This document shows, in pieces, positions 8,750 to 18,478 of a stretch of DNA of 64,000 bases; within the stretch, counting starts at the first letter, position 1; each line of letters opens with the position of its first letter. The notes beneath the pieces are model-generated. The model did no database searches, was not told where the DNA came from, and was given only the letters and a program-made list of their open reading frames with translations. The stretch is taken from assembly GCA_963740175.1 (NCBI GenBank), contig CAVUDL010000003.1, positions 7,413 to 71,412 on the forward strand. Reading direction: 5' to 3'. The stretch is from an uncultured Gemmatimonadales bacterium (GTDB taxonomy: Bacteria > Gemmatimonadota > Gemmatimonadetes > Gemmatimonadales > GWC2-71-9). The translations under genes and the position numbers were made by a program.

Positions 8750-8827
8750 GGGTCTAGGGTCTAGGGTCTAGGGTCTAGAGTCTAGCATTGGGTGAGACCC
8801 CTAGACTCTTGACCCTTGACCCTTGAC
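8750..8827. repeat. heptamer tandem-repeat palindrome (repeat family, copy A)
   Basis: (GGGTCTA)x4 plus GAGTCTA faces CTAGACT plus (CTTGACC)x3. Hand folding gives about 24 pairs out of 27, with a T-T mismatch every 7 nt. It starts 3 nt after the stop of the activator gene. Confidence 0.85.
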
Positions 8828-8831
8828 GAGA

Positions 8832-10178
8832 CTAATGGGCCGGTAGCCGCCGAAGCTTGTAGAAGAGAGTGCGGAGGCTGATACCGAGGAGGTTGGCCGC
8901 TTGCCTGCGGTTGCCCTTGGCGGCATCGAGCGCACGCTGAATGGCCTCGCGCTCCACCGCTTCGACTTGAGAGCGCAGATCGAGGGGTCCGTTCGGCCCG
9001 CCGTTGTGGGATGCCGAGGCGCCGTTCGACAGGGCGAAGTCCTTGGAGTCCAGCGGGCTGCCTGCGCCCAGCACGGCAGCGCGCTCGAGAGTGTTACGCA
9101 GCTCGCGAACGTTGCCGGGCCAGCCATGGTGCGTAAGGGCCGCTAGCGCCGCCGGGGTAATGCTCACGGGATGGCCGAGGCGCTGGGCCATCTGGCGGGC
9201 AAAGTGGGTGAGCAGCTCGGGAATGTCTTCCGGCCGCTCGCGGAGCGGCGGGATGTGCAGCCGGACCACGTTGAGGCGGTAGTACAAGTCAGAGCGGAAC
9301 TCGCCGCGCTCGACCGCCTGCTCGACCGGACGGCCGGTGGCGGCGAGCACCCGCACATCGATCCTCCGCGCGTCGCGCCCGCCCAGCCGGCGGACCTGAC
9401 CCTCTTCCAGAACACGCAGGATCTTCGACTGCAGGCCGGGCGACACGTCAGCGATTTCGTCCAGAAGCAGGGTTCCGCCATCGGCCAGCTCGAAGAGGCC
9501 GGCGTGGTCGGTAGTGGCTCCCGGGAACGCGCCCTTGGTGTGGCCGAAGAGCTCTGATTCGAGCAGCTGCTCGGGTATGGCGGCACAGTTGACGGCGGTA
9601 AAACTCCGCTCGCTGCGGGTGCTCATCCGATGAATGGCGCGGGCCACCACTTCCTTGCCGGTACCGCTCTCCCCGGTGATCAACACGGGGGTCTGGTGCC
9701 GGGCGACCCGCGAGGCCAGCTCGAGCACGTCGCGCATGGCGGGACTCTGGGAAACGACCAGCTCCTTCACGGCGCCGATGCCCACATTCGACCGCAGGGC
9801 TTCGACCTCCCGGCGCAGCCGCTCCCGCTCCTCCGCCTTCCGCACAGCCATGGTGACTTCGTCGGGCTTGAAGGGCAGGTGTACGTAGTCGTAGGCGCCC
9901 TCGCGGAGGGCCGCCAGCGCGAGGTCTTCCATGCCCTGCGGGCTCAGCATGATCAGGAGGGCACTGCCGCCTTCGGCGCGCAGGCGGCGCAGAAAGCTGA
10001 GCCCGTCCATACCGGTCAGCTTGACGCCGCACAGGATGAGATCGAAGTCTTCGGCGGTGGCGCGGGCCAGCGCACGCGGAGGATCGCTCTCGGTCTCGAC
10101 CAGGTAGCCGGCCTCTCCGAGGAGCAGCGCGAGCGATTGCCTGATATCGCCATCATCCTCAACGATCAGCAGCCGCAT
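8832..10178 (-). CDS. sigma54-dependent response regulator (NtrC family; no adjacent kinase)
   Basis: REC domain (MRLLIVEDDGDIRQ), AAA+ domain (LITGESGTGKEVVARAIH, ESELFGH) and a C-terminal Fis-type HTH. The start was moved to the ATG at 10176-10178. The GAFTGA loop reads GAFPGA. Confidence 0.9.
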   Translation of the reverse strand: MRLLIVEDDGDIRQSLALLLGEAGYLVETESDPPRALARATAEDFDLILCGVKLTGMDGLSFLRRLRAEGGSALLIMLSPQGMEDLALAALREGAYDYVHLPFKPDEVTMAVRKAEERERLRREVEALRSNVGIGAVKELVVSQSPAMRDVLELASRVARHQTPVLITGESGTGKEVVARAIHRMSTRSERSFTAVNCAAIPEQLLESELFGHTKGAFPGATTDHAGLFELADGGTLLLDEIADVSPGLQSKILRVLEEGQVRRLGGRDARRIDVRVLAATGRPVEQAVERGEFRSDLYYRLNVVRLHIPPLRERPEDIPELLTHFARQMAQRLGHPVSITPAALAALTHHGWPGNVRELRNTLERAAVLGAGSPLDSKDFALSNGASASHNGGPNGPLDLRSQVEAVEREAIQRALDAAKGNRRQAANLLGISLRTLFYKLRRLPAH

Positions 10179-10303
10179 CGGTCTCACCTGCGATTGGAAG
10201 AAAGACCCGGGCATAATCCACGGGACCTTGCACGATCCGTAGCGAAAGCCGTTGCACCTCACCCGCTATTTCAGGGAGATCCGGCAGTGCAGAGCCATCT
10301 CTA

Positions 10304-10318
10304 GCAATTTTGCCGCCA
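10304..10318 (-). promoter_or_regulatory. possible sigma54 promoter upstream of the orphan activator gene
   Basis: The minus strand reads TGGCGG-CAAAA-TTGC. The GG and GC elements have correct spacing but the -24 box is imperfect. It lies about 126 nt upstream of the start at 10178. Confidence 0.35.
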
Positions 10319-10381
10319 TTCCACGATCACACTGCCATTCCCGACTGCAGCCGGCTGCACCGCGCTTGCTACCCTCGCGTT

Positions 10382-10795
10382 TTACGGGGTGCAGGCGGCG
10401 ACGCCAGGCTGGGTAGCAGGCACTGGGGGAGCCGCAGTTCCGATGAAGACGGCGCAGCTGCGTGTTGTAGCCGTGCTAGTCGCGACGGCGGACCAGCCCG
10501 TGTTGGTAACGTTGGACAAGGTGACCGTTACGTTCTGCGATGGACCGTAGGCCATTGCCGGGCCCGGTACCGGTCCGTTGTAGTAGGTGGCAGCGTCAGC
10601 CATGTAGGACTCCTGGGCCGTCACCATGTTGCGCAGGTCACTTCTCATCTGGCTGATGATCGCCCGCTCTTTGCTGTTCTTGAACTTCGGGATGGCGATG
10701 GCAGTCAGGATGCCGATGATCACCACCACGATGAGCAGCTCGATGAGCGTGAAGCCGCTGCTGGAGCGTCTCGTACTCGATGGTAGGTTCGGCAT
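10382..10795 (-). CDS. type IV pilin (second of two tandem paralogs)
   Basis: Prepilin leader followed by G/FTLIELLIVVVIIGILTAIAIPKF. The protein is 137 aa with a C-terminal Cys pair. Confidence 0.85.
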   Translation of the reverse strand: MPNLPSSTRRSSSGFTLIELLIVVVIIGILTAIAIPKFKNSKERAIISQMRSDLRNMVTAQESYMADAATYYNGPVPGPAMAYGPSQNVTVTLSNVTNTGWSAVATSTATTRSCAVFIGTAAPPVPATQPGVAACTP

Positions 10796-10844
10796 AGGTT
10801 ACCGCTGCTCTCTCACAAGTTGGGGGATATTGTTCCTGAGAAAC

Positions 10845-10871
10845 GGGGCGGTGACCGACGGCCACCGCCCC
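10845..10871 (-). terminator. intrinsic terminator after the first pilin gene
   Basis: GGGGCGGTG / 9-nt loop / CACCGCCCC forms a perfect 9-bp GC stem. It is followed by GTTTCT on the transcribed strand and lies 26 nt after the stop at 10897. Confidence 0.55.
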
Positions 10872-10896
10872 TTGGTTCCTCAAGCTACGCTCAGGC

Positions 10897-11319
10897 TTAC
10901 CAACAAGCCGGGGCGCCTTCCTGTACCACGGCAGCGTTCGGCGGCGCCTGGTTGCCACCGTACACACCGCAGGTCTTGGCGGTGCTCAAGCTGGTGTTCG
11001 TGATGGTCGCCGAGTAACCAGCGGCCGGCACGGCAGCAGCAATGGTCAGCACCGAGTTGCCCAGGGTCTGCGCAAAGCAGACGGTCGCAGCGGCTGGGGT
11101 ACAGGCGTTCGCCGGGTCATGCGCGGTCGCGTAGGTGGCGAAATCAGCGAAGTGGCCTTCCTGCGCGGACACGAAGTTACGCAGGTCCGTCTTCATGCTG
11201 GCGATCTTCGCCTTGTCCTTGGTGTTCGCGAACTTCGGGATCGCGATAGCGGCCAAGATGCCGATGATCACGACCACGATCAACAGCTCGATCAGGGTAA
11301 AGCCCTTGCGGTTGCTCAT
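10897..11319 (-). CDS. pilA: type IV major pilin PilA-like
   Basis: MSNRKG/FTLIELLIVVVIIGILAAIAIPKF is a classic short-leader type IVa prepilin. The protein is 140 aa and has a sigma54-type promoter upstream. Confidence 0.9.
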   Translation of the reverse strand: MSNRKGFTLIELLIVVVIIGILAAIAIPKFANTKDKAKIASMKTDLRNFVSAQEGHFADFATYATAHDPANACTPAAATVCFAQTLGNSVLTIAAAVPAAGYSATITNTSLSTAKTCGVYGGNQAPPNAAVVQEGAPACW

Positions 11320-11394
11320 ACTTCCTCCGGTTGAGTGGCGCGATCAACGAACATGGTTGTGCTGCGAGGCGCGGTGTAACTGGCCTGGGGTAAG

Positions 11395-11409
11395 GCAACA
11401 CTGATGCCA
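11395..11409 (-). promoter_or_regulatory. sigma54 (-24/-12) promoter candidate for pilA
   Basis: The minus strand reads TGGCAT-CAGTG-TTGC, with one mismatch to the consensus. It lies 76 nt upstream of the pilin ATG and downstream of pilR. Confidence 0.55.
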
Positions 11410-11715
11410 GCCCTGGGGGGCTGTTCTCAACCTGCGACCCCGCTGCTACTTAGCCATAGCTTGCACTGCGTTGTGCAGACACTTTCCAGGTCCGTTCAGG
11501 CGGATTTTGCAAGAACGCGGATGCCGTGGCTCAACGGCGCAAGCTGATGCGCTGTCTGCAGCGGCGCACAACCATCTCGCCGCGATCTTGGGCCTATTCG
11601 CGTGGATTACGAGTGGACGAACTCTGGAAGGGGTACTTCGTGGAGCCGACCTGACCTGCACAGGAACCGGGCGCCCACGACACCGTCGGACGGCGTCGAG
11701 GGCGTGTCGTGCCGC

Positions 11716-13094
<1,379 letters not shown>

Positions 13095-13098
<4 letters not shown>

Positions 13099-14795
13099 GC
13101 AGCGTCCTCCGCAATCATCTTGGCAGGCAGGAAAATGGTGAACGTGGTGCCTGACGCCGGCCCCGAATCGACCAGGACGAGCCCACGGTGCGCCTCAACG
13201 GCGCGCTGTACGATAGCCAGTCCGAGGCCGCTGCCGCCGGATCGGCCCGAAACGAAGGGTTGAAACAGCCGCTCCCGCACCTCTTCCGGAATACCGGGGC
13301 CGTTGTCCTTGACCTGCAGCCGGACGGCGTGCTCCAGATTGGTGCCGTGAGGTATATCCGCCGCCTGCACCGCCGTGACGGTCACCGTGATCCTGATGGG
13401 GCCGCGAGCCGCCTGGACCGCATTCAGCACCAGGTTCGCAATGACCCGGTGCAGGAGATCTTCGTCCCCCTCCAGCACGGTATGCTCGCCCTCCACCGTG
13501 ATGGCCGCGTCCGGCCGGCAATCGGGGTGGGCCCGGATCAATCGCACCACCGCCACGATGACCGAATGCAGGTCGAGCGGCACGAACTGGGTCGCCCGCA
13601 CCCGGGCGAAGTCCAGGAACTCGCTCAGAAGCCGGCTGAGACGATCACTTTCGCGGACGATCAGCCCGGACAGAAAACGCTCGTCCTCGTCGGCATGCTT
13701 GGACCGCGCCAGCTGTTCCACCGAGCTCCGGATAGAGGCGAGAGGATTACGGATCTCGTGGGCCAGCGACGCACTCAGCTCCGCCACCGCTTCCAGGCGC
13801 TCCGCCCGCATGTGCAGCTCCTGCACCTCCTTGAGATCGGAGATATCGGTGAAGATGGCCGTCACCGACGGCGCCTCCTGGGCTTCCTGCCGGAAGGTGG
13901 TGGTACTGAGGCCGATGGGGAACATACGCCCGCCGCCCTGCACCACCATCCCCTCGCCCCGGCTGATCTTGCGCCCATTCCGTATGCCGGCCACCGCGGC
14001 GGCCCAAAGCTCGGAAGAGCGGGTCTTCAGGTGGTCGAGCACGGGGCGTCCGATCAGGGCCTCACCGTCGAGGTCCAGCAGTCGTTCCGCGGTGGGGTTG
14101 ATGAATGCCAGCCGCCCGACTCCGTCAACCGTGAGCACCCCGGATCGGATATTGCGCAGGATGTCGTCCGCCTCCAGCCGGACCCGCTGAAGCTCGGTGG
14201 CCAGAGTCGCCTGTTCCATTCCGGCCTCGCGCAGCCGGTGGCCCAGCACCGCCACGATGGCAAAGACGAGATTGTACACCACAATCTGCGCCCACGTCGC
14301 GGTATCCAGACCGAAACCATGGTTCCAGATCGTGTCGCCGAGGTAGAGCACCGCGGCCAGCCCCGCGGTAACCGATACCCACACCGGCGGCATCAGCAGG
14401 GCGTAGGCGACGACCACCAGGGCATAGAGGGCCGGGAACGCGGACTGCGGCTGTCCTACGAAATGCACCACCGTCGTGACCAGACCCAGGTCCACCATCG
14501 CCTGGATCAGGAAGAAGGTGTTGCCCGCCTTCCGGTTGAGCAGGAACACCGCCCACGCCCCGTAGCCGGTGAAGACCAGGGCGAATACCACCGCGATACT
14601 GACGATGAAGGATTCCTGGGGACGCTCGGTCCAGACCAGGGCGGCCCAGAGCAGCGCGCCGGTTGCCAGGACCAGCCGGCCCGCGAACAGCCAGGTGAGG
14701 AGCGTGCGCTGGTCGGGAAGGGTGTTCTTTCCCGGGCGCCGCCGATGCGGCACCGTCGGAACCGATATCCGTTCCGGCGGAGCGTGAGATTCCAT
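13095..14795 (-). CDS. pilS: sensor histidine kinase PilS-like (multi-TM, PAS, HisKA, HATPase)
   Basis: About six N-terminal TM helices, a PAS domain, the H-box SLAHEIRNPLASI and G-boxes. The start was moved to the ATG at 14793-14795 because the ORF-track extension reads through repeat copy B. Confidence 0.8.
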
Positions 14796-14807
14796 CGTAC
14801 CTCTGCA

Positions 14808-14886
14808 GCTGGGAGCTGGGAGCTTGGAGCTGGAATAGGCTGAGCACGAGCCGCTTACTGCCAGCTCCATAGCCCTAGCTCCTAGC
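14808..14886. repeat. heptamer tandem-repeat palindrome (repeat family, copy B)
   Basis: (GCTGGGA)x2-GCTTGGA-GCTGG faces CCAGCTCCATAGCCCTAGCTCCTAGC. The inner 9-bp stem (14825-14833 with 14861-14869) is perfect. Copy B shares a 22-nt identical string with copy F at 54177-54198. Confidence 0.85.
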
Positions 14887-14953
14887 TCACACGGGGGACA
14901 GCCGAAGATAGAGAGGGCGACCACGTCGACGGTAGGGGGCGTATCATTAACGG

Positions 14954-15208
14954 ATGACCTGGACCGTCTATGTCGCTCGCTGCCGTGACGGCACCTTGTA
15001 CACCGGCATCACGACCGATCCCGAGCGCCGTCTCGCGGAGCACAACTCCGGGACCGGAGGGGCGTACACCCGATCCAGGTTGCCGCTGGTGATGATCTAC
15101 GGAGAGCCGGCGGGGGACCGGTCCAGCGCCCAGCGGCGTGAGCGCGCCATCAAGCGGCTCACGCGGGCGCAGAAAGAGATGCTGATTACGGGGTTGCGCG
15201 CGGTTTAA
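14954..15208 (+). CDS. GIY-YIG nuclease family protein (small, stand-alone)
   Basis: 84 aa. VYVARCRDGTLYTGITTDPERRLAEHN matches the GIY-YIG/UPF0213 pattern. Confidence 0.8.
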   Translation: MTWTVYVARCRDGTLYTGITTDPERRLAEHNSGTGGAYTRSRLPLVMIYGEPAGDRSSAQRRERAIKRLTRAQKEMLITGLRAV

Positions 15209-15732
15209 CCGGCGGAGCGTTCGTTGGCTCGGCGAGCGGTGCTCAATCCGGCTCCGGCCGGAAGCTCCGAGAGTGAGCTGGGCGAATCCAGGTGCGCCCC
15301 TCCATCCACCCCCACCCCCAGGCGGTACACCAGCTCGCCGCCCAGCCACGCCGTCAGCAGCGAGAGCATCACCCCAGAGAGGCCGGCCACGATGGCTCCG
15401 GTGGGAGGCAGCTCCGGGTGGTCGCGCCGCAGCATCCAACTCAGGATGAACAGCACCACGACCGCGACGTTCCCTACGCCATGCCACAGGCCGATCCGAC
15501 GGGCCCTGGTTCCGGGTGGAATTCGCAGCCAGTCGAGCCAGCCAAAGAGTGCCGCAGCAAGGCCCCCCACCACGCCTGCGCCAATCATGTAGTAGGCGGC
15601 GACCGCCCAGCGCGTGTTATCCGAAATCAGGTAGATGATGTCGAAGATGACGGCCGCGCCCAGCAGACCCAGCGGGAACACGATGAGCATCGGATGTACC
15701 GGATGCCCAGCGAATTTGACTTTGCTTTCCAT
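15205..15732 (-). CDS. DUF2231-like membrane protein
   Basis: Four predicted TM helices starting MESKVKFAGHPVHPMLIVFPLGLL. The start was moved to the ATG at 15730-15732. Confidence 0.65.
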   Translation of the reverse strand: MESKVKFAGHPVHPMLIVFPLGLLGAAVIFDIIYLISDNTRWAVAAYYMIGAGVVGGLAAALFGWLDWLRIPPGTRARRIGLWHGVGNVAVVVLFILSWMLRRDHPELPPTGAIVAGLSGVMLSLLTAWLGGELVYRLGVGVDGGAHLDSPSSLSELPAGAGLSTARRANERSAG

Positions 15733-15827
15733 AGTAGGCTCAACTCCTCGAGGCGGCGTCCTGCGGGGATTCAGGGTAGGAAAAGATGGGAGGACTCGAA
15801 GAGGCGAGATGTGACGCAGGTCCCCAC

Positions 15828-18431
15828 TCACTCCCCGTGCCGGGCATCCTGGTCCAGAACCTGACGGACGGTGAGGAGGAGATTATCGGCGGAAAACGGC
15901 TTTTGAAGGAACGAGCTGTCCCGGTCGGCTATTTCACTGCGGATCTTGTCTCCCTGGGCGTACCCTGACATGTAAACAACCCGAATGCCGGGCCAGCGTT
16001 GCCAGATGCGTTCCACCAGCTCCGGGCCGCCCATGTCCGGCATGATGACATCGGTAAGGACCAGGTCAACGGCGCCGCCAACCTTGTCCGCGATCCCCAG
16101 CGCCTCCTCACCGTTGCAGGCCGCAAGCACGAAATAGCCCTGGTTCCTCAGAACCCGGGTTGCAACGGTGCGTACGGCCTGCTCGTCCTCGACCAGCAGA
16201 ATCGTCTCGGATCCCCTGGCCGGCCCGATGGCCCGTTCGATGGGGGGAAGATCCTCACCCTCCGCATCAACCCGGGGAAAGCAGATCTTGAATGCGGTTC
16301 CCCGCTCCGGCTCGCTGTCTACCCAGATGTACCCGCCGCTCTGAACCACAATGCCGTAGACGGTAGCCAGGCCGAGGCCGGTATTCTGAGTCGTGGGTTT
16401 GGTGGTAAAAAACGGCTCGAACAGCCTCCCTTTGACCTCCGCGGTCATCCCGTGGCCGGTGTCAGTCACCACGAGCATGACATAGGGCCCGGCCGGGATG
16501 TCGATGCCCGTGTGCCGGTACGCGTAGCCTTCCGGCAACTCCACATCGAGCGTCTCGATGCTGAGCCGGCCCCCACCGCGCATGGCATCCCGGGCATTGA
16601 GGGCCAGATTCATGACCACTTGTTCCAGCTGCCCATAGTCGGCTTCGACCCCACCGAGTCCCACGGACAGGCGGGTCAGCAGCCTGATGTCTTCCCCGAG
16701 CAGGGGCCGCAGCATTCGCTCCATACCGGAGACGACTTCGTTGAGGCTCAGAACCGACCGCGCCACCAACTGCTGCCGGCCGAAGCCCAGCAGCTGACGG
16801 GTCAGGTGCATCGCCCGCTCTGCGGCCTTCCGAATTTCGTCGGCATCGGCCCAGCGCGGATCGTCCTGGGCCAGGGTCGTCAGCAGGAAGTCGCTGAAGC
16901 CCATGATGATCATCATCATGTTGTTGAAGTCGTGCGCCACGCCGCCCGCCAGCCGTCCCACCGCCTCCATCTTCTGTGCCTGCCGCACCTGCTCCTCGGC
17001 CCGGCGGCGCTCGGTGAGATCCTGCACGTTCACCGCGTAACAGATCACCTGGCCTTCGGCGTCCTTCACCGCGGTGGCATCGATCAGCGCCGGGAAGGAC
17101 GCGCCACCGCGCCGCAGCCGCTCCGTCTCCCATATGCGGTGCCCCTGGACTCGCAGCTCGCCACCCTGCGGCGGAAACTCGTCCCGGCGGCCCGGGGACG
17201 GCGAGATCGGCCATGAGCTGGCCGCGCAGCTCGTCCACCGTCCAGCCGTGCATCAGCGCGAACGCAGGGTTCACGCTCTCGATGGTCTGGCCATCGGGGC
17301 TGATGATGGCCACACCCCAGCCGGCGTGCTCGAAGATGCGGGCCCAGCGCTGGAGCTCACGGCCGGCCTCGACCCGCTGGGTGACGTCCCGGCCCACGCC
17401 AACGATGCCGGTAATCTGCCCCGACGGATCGCGCAGCGGCGACAGCGTGGTTTGCATGTGATGGACGTCGCGCTGCGATCGAAGCACCCAGTCGTACGTG
17501 AGCGTTTCCCCCGCCAGCGCGCGGAGATTCGCCATCTCATGTGCTCGCGGGCGGCATCCGGACCAACGATCTCGGCGATGGTTTTCCCGATCAGATTGGC
17601 GGTGCTGAAACCCTGCCGCTCCAGCCAGCGGCCGAACGCGTCCACACAGCGCTGCTCCCGATCGAGCCGGAACACCACATCGTCTATGGATTCGACGAGG
17701 CTGCGAAACCGTTGCTCGCTGGCCTGGAGCGAATGCTCGGTGGGGCTGTTTTCAGCCAGCTCTCGGGCGTAGCAGACCAGGCCGCTGGAGGTCGGCGCGA
17801 TCCGCAGGGAAAACCGTGCACCAAGCCGGCTGACCTGCTCGGCAAGCTCGATCTCGGTTCCCTGGGCATGGGCCCGAAACGCCTCAGCCTGGATCCGGGT
17901 GCCGGCAAGAGTCGGGAAGGCCCGCCACACATTCAGGCCGAGCAGGTCGGCACGGCGGAAGCCGAGAGCGCTTAGATAGCGGTCGGCGCGCTCGTTGATG
18001 TGGGTAATGTGCCACTCGTGGTCGCAGCCGAGGAATGCCTCGCCCATGCCGTCGAGGATCTGCGCGGTGTGACCCTGAAGCGCGCTCTCGCGGAGGAGAA
18101 CCGTGAGGCCAGTGTCCGACGGGTAGGCACGAACTTCGATGGTGCCGCGACTGCCGCTGTCCAGCACCTCTTGCATGACCGGGGTCTGCTCGGCCTGGGC
18201 CCGGTGCAATGCGCGGCCCAGCGAGGAGTCGGCCAGAGCGGGCCGCTCCCAGATGACGGTGCCGATGAGCTGTCCGGAGGGTGAGCCTGTCAGGCGGGCC
18301 AGCACCAGTTCCGCGTGCTGGTTCATGTAGGAAAACCGCCAGTCGGCGTCGAGGGCAAAAATGCCCTCGCCTATGCGGTCGAGCAGATCCAGTGGCTGAG
18401 CGGTATTGAGCAACCGGATGAACCTTGGCAA
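15828..18431 (-). pseudogene. multi-PAS hybrid sensor histidine kinase/response regulator, interrupted by two frameshifts as sequenced
   Basis: Three ORF-track pieces (17271-18431, 16462-17535, 15828-17069) join into one protein: PAS repeats, HisKA (GVAHDFNNMM), HATPase and a C-terminal REC domain. The frame changes lie near 17535 and near 17200. Confidence 0.8.
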
Positions 18432-18478
18432 TGAGGAGGCCGATTGAAACTAAGAACTTCCGTCCTCCGTTGCTACCC

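Noticed and set aside
11410-11715. Activator (PilR) binding sites upstream of the pilA sigma54 promoter, for example the TGCGC..GCGCA and TTGCAA palindromes.
   Set aside because: Several short palindromes exist, but none is repeated in the pattern expected for tandem PilR sites, and I cannot separate them from background in GC-rich DNA without a motif model.
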